From: Macrostomum hystrix
Taxonomy: Eukaryota > Animalia > Platyhelminthes
Assembly (NCBI GenBank): GCA_950097015.1
Contig: CATNEN010000001.1
Coordinates: 8,432,001-8,496,000 of the forward strand
Direction: 5' to 3'
DNA length: 64,000 nt
Of the stretch, positions 24,701-34,971 are shown one piece after another; the first letter of the stretch is position 1, and the number at the start of each line of letters is the position of its first letter. The notes below the pieces were generated by a model. The model searched no databases, was not told where the DNA came from, and saw nothing but the letters and a program-made list of their open reading frames with translations. Made by a program: the position numbers and the translations under genes.

Positions 24701-27700
24701 GTCCAGTAGAATAGACCAGATTTCTCCAGCCACCGCCGCAGAAGGCCTTGCTGTCACCGGTGCACTTCTGTCGGCACTGTGACTCGGGTTTGCTACCGTA
24801 GCGACCATAGCTGTTGCCGCACCAGCACTCGCGAGCATTCTGCACTCCAAAGTAGGCGTACCTGCCTCGCCTGCAAAGCTGATAGCAGCGGGGCACGCTC
24901 ATAACACCCGATCCCAGTTGCTCGGGTAGATCGCGAATACGGTTGTCCACGAAGCAGCCAATCTTTCGCATTCCTGGAGCTAAAGTTTTATTGCTTAAAC
25001 AATCAAATATTTTTCTTAACTAATAAAAAAAACCGAATCAAATTAATACTTACTAGGGATCTTAGGAACTTTCAGTCCGGTGGTGAAGACCTTGTTCCTC
25101 CATCCCGCGCCGCAGAATGCCGATCTATCGCCGGTGCATCGCATGTTGCACTCCCGATTCGCTCTAGAGCCGTAGCGACCGTACCTGTTGCCGCACCAGC
25201 ATTCGTTCGAATTCTGCACACCGAAATAGGCGTAGCGTTTGCCTCTGCACAAGGTGTAGCACTTTGGAACACTCATCGAGCCGCGGCCAGCTAGGACTGG
25301 CAAATCGCGACTCGCTCGATCGATGAAGCAGCCAACTAGGCGCATGCCTGGTGCTAAAAACGTCGAATTAGCTTATAATTGAGAAAATTGTATTCTAAAA
25401 AATGTTAAACTAGATCAGAAAACTACATACTTCTGATCACTTTGACGGGAAGTCCCGTGGTGTAGACGTTGTTTCTCCAGCTGGAGCCGCAGAAAGCGGA
25501 TCTGTCACCGGTGCACCTCATGTTGCACTCTCTAGCGGGCCTCGAACTGTACTTGCCGTAACTGTTGCCGCACCAGCACTCCTTTGAGAACTGCACACCG
25601 AAGTACATGTACCTCTTTGCTCGACACAATTTGTAACACTTGTACACACTCATAGAGCCAGATCCAGCCAGCAGCGGGAGATCTCTTGAGGCGGCGTCGA
25701 CAAAGCATCCGATCTTTCGAAGACCTGGTGCTGAGAAGAGTTTTTCAAGGATTTAGATTCCTAAATAACTTTCGTTTCTCTTAACATTAGAAAGATCACA
25801 CTATTTTCCCCCTGAGGGAAAGACCACGGAGGGTACCCCTATTTCAAATTCGCACTGCCTGGTTTACGATAGCTCCCAAACCGAATGACTGATTTTCGTG
25901 AAAGTCTACCACATGGATAAAACAATTTCCCCATTTACCTTCCGAACTTGCAGAAAAATCCCCCTTGTCTTTCTACTTTTTAATGCAACTCGAATACTTA
26001 CTCTTTCTCACGGCCACACAAAAGCGTCGATTGATGGTTCTGCAACGGCAGCCTGAAACAAACGAAGTGAAAAGTCAAATTACCACAACACGATGTATTA
26101 AACACAATAGTACACAAGAGAGATGTAAAGTCCTGTTTCGCTTACGTCCACGAAGAGCACTCTCAAGAGCTGCAGCGTTGGGAGGGAACGCGCTGAAGCT
26201 CATTCTTCCGTTGGCGGCACGCTTTACAAACTCCATCAGCTGAAAAAGCAAAATGTCCCGTCTTTACAAATAGTTCAATGCAAGGTCTACTGACATGAGA
26301 GAGTCACCTTGTTGAAGTGTCCAGAGCGCAGCGTAGCGACGTAGCCGCCAGAGCCTCTGGCCAATGCATCGTACTGTCCAGAGCCTCTGCCGCAAAGGCT
26401 TCCGCTGGCCACAGCGTAGAACCTGATGCTCTTCGACCTGAGCCTGGATGCCACTCGACTGCTCAGATGAGCATCCTTGGCCGATGCGTCAGTGAACAGC
26501 ATCATGACTGAGTTATGGTCGGCAGCCGCCGCAGCATCGAGTGCACCAGACATGGCCATCTCGGGGCAGTCGCCGCCACCCGTGGCTCGCAGTCGGTTGA
26601 GAAAGTAAATCACCTGCCGGGCGTCTCTCGTCTTCTTCAAATGCCTCACGTAGGGGTCGCCGAATGTGGCGACGACGTAGTTGTTGAAGCGCCTGTTGGC
26701 AGTCAAAATCTTCCGGATGTTGTTCCTAACGGCGTTGATCACGCTACCCATGCTGCCAGTGACGTCAATGACAAAGACAAGAGATCCCAGGCTCCGCTCC
26801 TCCGGGGCAGGTGTGCAAGAGCAGGTTCGTCGGGAGATGCGCTTCACTCTGGTTCCAGCCGGACAAGCTGAGTTGCGAGAAAGAGGTTTGAAAGGTTTTT
26901 GAATATTTGTTTAAACATTGACATTAGCAGGTTTAGCACAGAGTTTAGCGGAGAATAACACCTGCTGGTCTGGGCCTCTCAGCCACGTAATGTCCGAACA
27001 CCTGCACTTCGCACAGAGTCAATGGAACCAAGTTCCTCGTCTCGATGCGCACAGTGCGTCCCTCGGCATTGCAGGCGAATGAGCGCACAGAGAACGCTCT
27101 TGATGAGCGATAGGAGGCGCACACTCGACCGTCAACCTTGATGACAAAGTCGTTGAGCCTGTTCGCGCAGCAGTCCTGTCGGTTGTGGATGGTGACCGAT
27201 GTGATTCTGGCCCGTCTGCTGGTCTTTGCCTGCCACCAAGCACCTCTGGCAGTGTTTGTGTGAGTGCAGGAGTTGTGGAAGTAGCGCTGATCCGTGTTGC
27301 CGTCGATGGCTCTTGAGCAGGGTCCTCCCCAAGTGGTGGAGTGCTGAGAGCAGTGTGACAGCGGCAGCTTTGCTGGAAAGATCAAGTCGTAGATTATTAT
27401 TCCTGCTTCAATAAGTGTTCAAAACAATAACTGTTTCTATCGTTGTGCTCTCATTAATTGAAAGACGTTCGTATGTTGAGGAATCGCTGAGGGAATTAAT
27501 TTCTGTCATCATTTTTACTGGTCCATTTTCATCGCTTTTCTTGTGAGGCCGTTGGATATTGTTGGATCGCCGCTATGCCGTTTTGAACCGGTGGGGGTAG
27601 CTCGGCCATTATCTCGTCCTATTCCCCCGTCACCCCGCTCTGCGTGCCTCGCGCCGCCGCCTGATTGGCTGGGCGCGGGCGTTGTATGTTAGCCCTACCC

Positions 27701-30700
27701 CCGTCCTGCGTGGCTTTACCGCTCCTGCCAATGAGATCTGTGAGCCCGTGTGCCTGGCCAACGCGTGCAACACAACCCCGGCTGACTTGACGTAGGTTTT
27801 TGTGCCTCGCGCCCCTGTCTGCCTTACTCCCCCTTATAGCTCCCCTTATCCGTAACAGCGTCGGTCCTTGTGCCAGGGCACATCTCCGCGCTTTTGCACT
27901 TCGCTCAAGTCTCATGATTCGAATCAAAGCTGTACATAAAATCTCCTACTGCAAAGACTTCAATTTTTTACATGCGATACAAGCCAGAGACAAACGAAGC
28001 CAAATTTAACGAACTCATTAGATCAGCTACCTGCGTCTACACCCTACGTCCCGACCGAAAAGCGCTGCTTTCGTGTCTTTCCTTTCGGAGTGCCAGGTTC
28101 GTACTAGTATATTACAATGTTAACTACATTGATGCCTGCTAGAACGTCTTTACACCTGTGCTAGTAGCCTCCTTGTGCTAGAACTAAGTACTACTGCAAG
28201 TATTACCTGGGGAGTACTGAGCACGCGTATTAACGCCACCCAGTGCCAGGCCGAAGCAGTCCTAACGCCTGCTTAAGTGACTACTCGTAGTAAACTTATT
28301 AGTGCTGTAGGCCTGGGACCCCGAACCGACTGCAGTCAACACAGTAGCGTTCCAAACCCCTTTTGCCAGGGGCTTGTGGTGTAAATTTTATCAAATGTGA
28401 GGAACGGCACTTAATTGGCTATTTATAGTTACTCACAATGTCGTTAAAAATTCACCGCACGTCGAGAGAAAATCTGTCTGGGAAATACAGTAAAGTCTAA
28501 AGAAAAATATAGACGTGCATATACAACATTTTATGCCTAAAAAGGAATAAAATAATCTTGCGACGATAAGCAAGAGTTTCTCACTTTTTGGAGCACGGCT
28601 TACAGGAAGTCCCGTGGTGTAGACGTTGTTTCTCCAGCTGGAGCCGCAGAAAGCGGATCTGTCACCGGTGCACCTCATGTTGCACTCTCTAGCGGGCCTC
28701 GAACTGTACTTGCCGTAACTGTTGCCGCACCAGCACTCTTTTGAGAACTGCACACCGAAGTAGACGAACCGTCTGGCCCTGCACAGGTTGTAGCACTTTT
28801 GCACATTCATGGAACCTGAAGCAGCCAATACTGGCAGATCTCTCGAAGGCTTGTCAAGAAAGCATCCGATCTTTCGAAGACCAGGAGCTAAAAAAATAGA
28901 ATAAAGAGTTAGGAGAGAAAGAAAAAATATGCAGAGTTTCGAGAGGGCTTTTTAATAGATGTTTAAAACATGACATTAGAAGGTTTAGCACAGAGTTTAG
29001 CGGAGAATAATACCTGCTGGTCTGGGCCTCTCAGCCACGTAATGTCCGAACACCTGCACTTCGCACAGAGTCAATGGAACCAAGTTCCTCGTCTCGATGC
29101 GCACAGTGCGTCCCTCGGCATTGCAGGCGAATGAGCGCACAGAGAACGCTCTTGATGAGCGATAGGAGGCGCACACTCGACCGTCAACCTTGATGACAAA
29201 GTCGTTGAGCCTGTTCGCGCAGCAGTCCTGTCGGTTGTGGATGGTGACCGATGTGATTCTGGCCCGTCTGCTGGTCTTTGCCTGCCACCAAGCACCTCTG
29301 GCAGTGTTTGTGTGAGTGCAGGAGTTGTGGAAGTAGCGCTGATCCGTGTTGCCGTCGATGGCTCTTGAGCAGGGTCCTCCCCAAGTGGTGGAGTGCTGAG
29401 AGCAGTGTGACAGCGGCAGCTTTGCTGGAAAGATCAAGTCGTAGATTATTATTCCTGCTTCAATAAGTGTTCAAAACAATAACTGTTTCTATCGTTGTGC
29501 TCTCATTAATTGAAAGACGTTCGTATGTTGAGGAATCGCTGAGGGAATTAATTTCTGTCATCATTTTTACTGGTCCATTTTCATCGCTTTTCTTGTGAGG
29601 CCGTTGGATATTGTTGGATCGCCGCTATGCCGTTTTGAACCGGTGGGGGTAGCTCGGCCATTATCTCGTCCTATTCCCCCGTCACCCCGCTCTGCGTGCC
29701 TCGCGCCGCCGCCTGATTGGCTGGGCGCGGGCGTTGTATGTTAGCCCTACCCCCGTCCTGCGTGGCTTTACCGCTCCTGCCAATGAGATCTGTGAGCCCG
29801 TGTGCCTGGCCAACGCGTGCAACACAACCCCGGCTGACTTGACGTAGGTTTTTGTGCCTCGCGCCCCTGTCTGCCTTACTCCCCCTTATAGCTCCCCTTA
29901 TCCGTAACAGCGTCGGTCCTTGTGCCAGGGCACATCTCCGCGCTTTTGCACTTCGCTCAAGTCTCATGATTCGAATCAAAGCTGTACATAAAATCTCCTA
30001 CTGCAAAGACTTCAATTTTTTACATGCGATACAAGCCAGAGACAAACGAAGCCAAATTTAACGAACTCATTAGATCAGCTACCTGCGTCTACACCCTACG
30101 TCCCGACCGAAAAGCGCTGCTTTCGTGTCTTTCCTTTCGGAGTGCCAGGTTCGTACTAGTATATTACAATGTTAACTACATTGATGCCTGCTAGAACGTC
30201 TTTACACCTGTGCTAGTAGCCTCCTTGTGCTAGAACTAAGTACTACTGCAAGTATTACCTGGGGAGTACTGAGCACGCGTATTAACGCCACCCAGTGCCA
30301 GGCCGAAGCAGTCCTAACGCCTGCTTAAGTGACTACTCGTAGTAAACTTATTAGTGCTGTAGGCCTGGGACCCCGAACCGACTGCAGTCAACACAGTAGC
30401 GTTCCAAACCCCTTTTGCCAGGGGCTTGTGGTGTAAATTTTATCAAATGTGAGGAACGGCACTTAATTGGCTATTTATAGTTACTCACAATGTCGTTAAA
30501 AATTCACCGCACGTCGAGAGAAAATCTGTCTGGGAAATACAGTAAAGTCTAAAGAAAAATATAGACGTGCATATACAACATTTTATGCCTAAAAAGGAAT
30601 AAAATAATCTTGCGACGATAAGCAAGAGTTTCTCACTTTTTGGAGCACGGCTTACAGGAAGTCCCGTGGTGTAGACGTTGTTTCTCCAGCTGGAGCCGCA

Positions 30701-32500
30701 GAAAGCGGATCTGTCACCGGTGCACCTCATGTTGCACTCTCTAGCGGGCCTCGAACTGTACTTGCCGTAACTGTTGCCGCACCAGCACTCTTTTGAGAAC
30801 TGCACACCGAAGTAGACGAACCGTCTGGCCCTGCACAGGTTGTAGCACTTTTGCACATTCATGGAACCTGAAGCAGCCAATACTGGCAGATCTCTCGAAG
30901 GCTTGTCAAGAAAGCATCCGATCTTTCGAAGACCAGGAGCTAAAAAAATAGAATAAAGAGTTAGGAGAGAAAGAAAAAATATGCAGAGTTTCGAGAGGGC
31001 TTTTTAATAGATGTTTAAAACATGACATTAGAAGGTTTAGCACAGAGTTTAGCGGAGAATAATACCTGCTGGTCTGGGCCTCTCAGCCACGTAATGTCCG
31101 AACACTTGCACCTCGCACAGAGTCAATGGAACCAAGTTCCTCGTCTCGATGCGCACAGTGCGTCCCTCGGCATTGCAGGCGAATGAGCGCACAGAGAACG
31201 CTCTTGATGAGCGATAGGAGGCGCACACTCGACCGTCAACCTTGATGACAAAGTCGTTGAGCCTGTTCGCGCAGCAGTCCTGTCGGTTGTGGATGGTGAC
31301 CGATGTGATTCTGGCCCGTCTGCTGGTCTTTGCCTGCCACCAGGCACCTCTGGCAGTGTTTGTGTGAGTGCAGGAGTTGTGGAAGTAGCGCTGATCCGTG
31401 TTGCCGTCGATGGCTCTTGAGCAGGGTCCTCCCCATGTGGTGGAGTGCTGAGAGCAGTGTGACAGCGGCAGCTTTGCTGGAAAGGTTGCGAGTATGTGCA
31501 TTTTTCGTATTGGTTTATAACGGGCTATTTTGATTCATCTTGATAATTAATAGCAAGCATAAAGCAAATCTTCATTTATGTATATTATAGTGTCCCTATT
31601 TAAATATTCGCCACTCTGAAACTTATGTGACATGAGGCCTCGGTGCCATTGCAGTACAGCAAACAATATTTCAAAAGTACAGCGTTTTCTTTTTTTGTAA
31701 AGCACCGATAATCTTACTTTTAGGAGCTCTGCGCACAGGCAGTCCGGTGGTGTAGACGCTGTTTCTCCAGCTGGCTCCGCAGAACGCTGCCCTGTTGCCT
31801 GTGCACCTCATTCTGCACTCTCCGTTCGACCTCTTGCCGTATCGACCGTAGCTGTTGCCGCACCAGCACTCGTTGCTGTACTGAACTCCGAAGTAAGGGT
31901 ATCGTCTGGCCCTGCACAGTCGGTAGCACTTGCTGGCTCTCATGGCACCGGTTCCTGCCAAGACTGGCAGGTCGCGCCTGCCGTTGTCAACAAAGCAGCC
32001 GAGGAATCGCATTCCTGGGGCTGTAAAGTTTACTGTTAGAGAAACTGATCATCATAAACGTAAGTAAAAATGTATTTCTTACTTCTGGACCTTTGGGTGG
32101 TGGCGTAGACGCTGTTGCGCCAGCCGGCGCCACAGAAGGTGCCTCTGCTCCCGCTGCAGCGCATTCTACACTCTCTGTTCCACCTTTTGCCGTACCGGCC
32201 ATAGCTGTTGCCGCACCAGCACTCGTTGGCGTACTGCAGTCCGAAGAAGCGGTAGTTCCTGTTTCTGCAGAGCTGGTCGCACTTGCCTGCGTACATGCCG
32301 CCTGTCCCAGCCAGCACTGGCAGGTCGCGTCTTCCGTTGTCCACGAAGCATCCGATGTAGCGATATGCTTGTGCTAAAATTACAATTTCTAAATATTAAG
32401 GTCAATACTGAACATCGAAAGTCCAGGTAAATAAGGACTCACCTTGCAGCACAGCGTAGAAAAGGCATGTGGCCAGCACAAGCCAGGCCCGATTAGCCAT
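15764..32500 (-). CDS. Gene A: giant secreted WSC / F-type lectin / vWA mosaic protein (~2923 aa; SP-WSC2-FTP-WSC-FTP-WSC-FTP-vWA-WSC6-FTP-WSC8-vWA-WSC)
   Basis: 30 exons: 32500-32443 (signal peptide MANRAWLVLATCLFYAVLQ), 32373-32083, 32020-31718, 31476-31066, 30939-30637, 29424-29014, 28887-28585, 27372-26962, 26867-26308, 26239-26146, 26052-26002, 25730-25431, 25353-25054, 24979-24683, 24601-24302, 24215-23916, 23839-23543, 23444-23034, 22692-22390, 22303-22007, 21739-21437, 21358-21062, 20989-20693, 20253-19957, 19575-19273, 18760-18464, 17741-17182, 16730-16637, 16158-16108, 16035-15764. Total 8772 nt, a multiple of 3. WSC pattern GCFxD..RDL..C..C..YFGVQ..ECWCGN..C...C.G....CG..WRN. Confidence 0.88.
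16200..16562 (-). mobile_element. SINE family 1, full-length copy
   Basis: Colinear with 15044-15396. Confidence 0.85.
16895..17145 (+). mobile_element. tRNA-derived SINE family 2 (CORE-like central domain) with tandemly repeated 5' end
   Basis: GTAGCCTAGTGG (A box, preceded by three 18-bp repeats), GGTTCGATT (B box), GTGTCCTTTAGCAAGACACTTAAC...CAGCTGT..AAATGGG resembling the CORE domain. Confidence 0.7.
17182..17741 (-). other. Gene A vWA domain 2 exon (hemicentin/VWA7-type)
   Basis: LVFVIDTTGSM...GGGDCPEFAMSG...LFTDASAKD. Confidence 0.9.
17928..18362. repeat. 17-bp minisatellite
   Basis: Tandem CCTAACGATGGACACT(G/A), ~25 copies. Confidence 0.95.
19003..19212 (-). mobile_element. SINE family 2 copy (3' fragments also at ~19710-19850, 21835-21885, 56430-56540)
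   Basis: Reverse-complement similarity to 16953-17145; shared palindrome AGTCCATGGACT. Confidence 0.7.
22790..22992 (-). mobile_element. SINE family 1, partial
   Basis: CTGACTCCTG...CATCTGCCCTGACTTTCTCATCG...GAGGTTGGCACTCAA. Confidence 0.75.
23034..23444 (-). other. Gene A F-type lectin (fucolectin) exon 4
   Basis: AIDGN...SCTHT...WWQ...IYNRQDCCANRL...LTLCEVQAFG. Confidence 0.9.
26308..26867 (-). other. Gene A vWA domain 1 exon
   Basis: LVFVIDVTGSM...GGGDCPEMAMSG...LFTDASAKD. Confidence 0.9.
26930..31484. repeat. Near-identical 2052-bp tandem duplication (F-lectin exon + ~1.2-kb intron + WSC exon)
   Basis: ORFs recur at exactly +2052 (26945/28997/31049; 27619/29671; 28433/30485). Confidence 0.97.
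27560..28341. mobile_element. LTR-like insertion inside the duplicated intron (second copy 29612-30393)
   Basis: GC-richer block bounded by TGTTG...CAACA; no target-site duplication found. Confidence 0.35.
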
Positions 32501-32597
32501 TGTTGAATTCTTTCGCTTGTCCTGACGATTGAAAACTCTTTACTTTGTCGAGTCGAATCGGCGTGGAGTCGCATCTGATGGTCTGATTTCGGCTTCA

Positions 32598-32605
32598 TAT
32601 TTATA
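32598..32605 (-). promoter_or_regulatory. TATA box candidate of gene A
   Basis: TATAAATA ~100 nt upstream of ATG 32500. Confidence 0.55.
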
Positions 32606-34559
32606 GCCGATCGAGTATCCGTGGGCGTCTGTTTGGCGTTCGAGAAACTCTTTAAAAAAGCAGCATTATTGATTAGAATCAGCATTTTTGCATTTCTTAA
32701 AAAATTTGCGAAAAGCAAATCGAGCTGTAAGCGATCGTCCATGCAGAAGCGTTGACTCGTCTAGCATCTGTCGAACTGTGCTTCTGGGGGTTTAGCGACT
32801 TTGAGAGAAATTCTGCCTGACTGAGGGCTGCTAGTTTAGGTCTATTTTTTTTCCAAAAAACACTTCGATATTGTTAACGCTTTTCTCGGCCAACTTTTAT
32901 TTTTCTCATTCCATTAAGTTGGATTATTTTTTCTGGGGCAGAAAAAGGTTGCCTCAGTTCAAGTAGGTGATATTGGGAGCGAATTTTGTTCAAGCTTCAA
33001 TGGCCTGGGTATAATGCGGTTGAGTCTTTAATTTTTTTTTCATTTTCAGTTTTCCATTGAAGTCCTATTGAGTGATTCCTCCCAGCATAGAAGGCCAGTG
33101 TTTGCCCATGCACCGTTGAGTGTTCTGCTATCTTCGAAGGCCCGCGAGCTCACAAAAGTTTATATTCCTTTTTTATTTAGGATCAGTTCAATATCAAGTT
33201 TGGGGAAGTGGGTCACCGAATGAACCTATCGAGGGATTTGGGGAAAAGCGAAACCTGAAAATTATTTCCAATCGTTTTTTCTCGCCTTTTTCCAGAAATT
33301 CGGCGAAGATCCAAAAGGAAATTCCCGCTCATTTAATTTCTTTTCGGTATTTTTCCACTTAGAAACGCGCACGTCGTTGGCAAACAAGGCCATCAACTTC
33401 ACATAACGTCATTTTACCAATTTAAAGACTTTTATGAATTCATTTTTTACACTCAGATCAAAATGAGCTGATTAATCTCCTTACTTAGTTAATATCCCCA
33501 TTTGTTGCTGATAATTCCCTCAAAACATTGAATAATACCCCAATGCCCTAAACTAGCAAGTTTTCTTCGCCAAGTTGCAAGCAAGCTTTATAAAATTAAT
33601 ATTATAGAGACATTCTCAATTTAACACTTGGCAACGGTATCCAATTTGAAAACTTTTATCCTCTTCTGTCACTGTCTCTATTCTGAGAATGTTTCAGTTT
33701 TCTTGAGGGATAAATTGCCCCAAATGCCAGATAATTGAAAAAATATGGGGAAGAAATTTATCCAAATTAACGATCACCTCGTTCTTGCTTAGCCCAGCAT
33801 ATTTAACCTAAAAAATTGCACTCTCAATGTACAATAATAGGCCAGCGATCTCATTCAGCACGGATGTAACCCTTTGACATTCACATTTACGAAGCCATTC
33901 TCAAGATCAATTTTTTTGATTTTTGGATCAAATTCAACTTGAGATCTGGAGCTTCCACTTTCGCACCACGAAAGGCTTGTTCACACTGCCATACATAAAA
34001 CGTTACGTCTTAGGTGCATATTTGCGTGTTCCAATGAAAGATTATAAGATCGTGTTTTTGGCCTCGTTTCATGGATGTGTGAATTAGCCCTACATAGGGC
34101 CTTTCTTTGTTGTTGCAGTACATTTTTGGTAGCTGAGCAGAGCGTTCAGTCCGGAGAAATCTACTGTGAAACGAGAGATCAGGATGAAAACCAACAGTGA
34201 CTCTAATCAGCAGCAGGACGCCCAAGAAGATGCTGGCGCACTGCGCGTGGATGGGTCTCCAGAAAGAAAGCGGCGGGGCAAACTCGGTGCAAAAACAAGC
34301 TGTCCTGGATTTTACAGAAGTGCGCCCCTGACAAAGAAGTTTAATAGGGCTGCCACACCCTAAACTGTAGGATCAGATCAGCACGATTTATGTCAGGATC
34401 CCGATCAGGATCAAGGATAATGAGACGCGACAGTGGATCCTCGACGAGATGAAGTAGGTCGAGGACGATTATCAAGCGGCACTTCAGCGCGTCGATTGGG
34501 CCCAGTTTGAGAGTGGGTTTGACTAACCTTCTCTGAGTACTGTCATCTAGGATCTAGGC

Positions 34560-34870
34560 AGTACCTTCGAGGCGCTGAAGTTCATTGAACATCTTGGACA
34601 CTCTGAGGCTGCCTATGAGGTAGCTAAGGAGAGTATAGACAAAGAATTAGACCAAGAAGCTAGGAAAACAGCGGCAAATCGCCTTAAACTTGGAACAGTT
34701 AGATAACTTTCCTGCTGTGTGTCACGGCATTGCCGGGGATCTGAAAAGCTTTGCTAGTCTGTTGGATGTAGCAGTAGTGATTAGTCTGTAAGAGGCAGGA
34801 AAAGATGCTGAACTCCAAGATGACATACTGTTTGTTAGGCTGCAGAAGAAACTGCTGGAGCAAATGGCGT
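34560..34870 (+). pseudogene. Decayed BEL/Pao retrotransposon gag (DUF1759-like) fragment
   Basis: Frameshifted translation EALKFIEHLGHSEAAYEVAKE...LEQLDNF...DLKSFASLLDVAVV...LFVRLQKKL. Confidence 0.65.
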
Positions 34871-34971
34871 TATCTGCTCAAAAGCAAGCTGGACCTGTGA
34901 CGCTTGCTGTCTGCTGGCGGAATAATGGTCAGGCAAAAACAATGTTTAAAATGTTTTTTCGCATTCTCGTG

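Noticed and set aside
34010-34225. Hydrophobic ORF as first exon of gene A
   Set aside because: No ATG or donor site; a proper signal-peptide exon exists at 32500-32443
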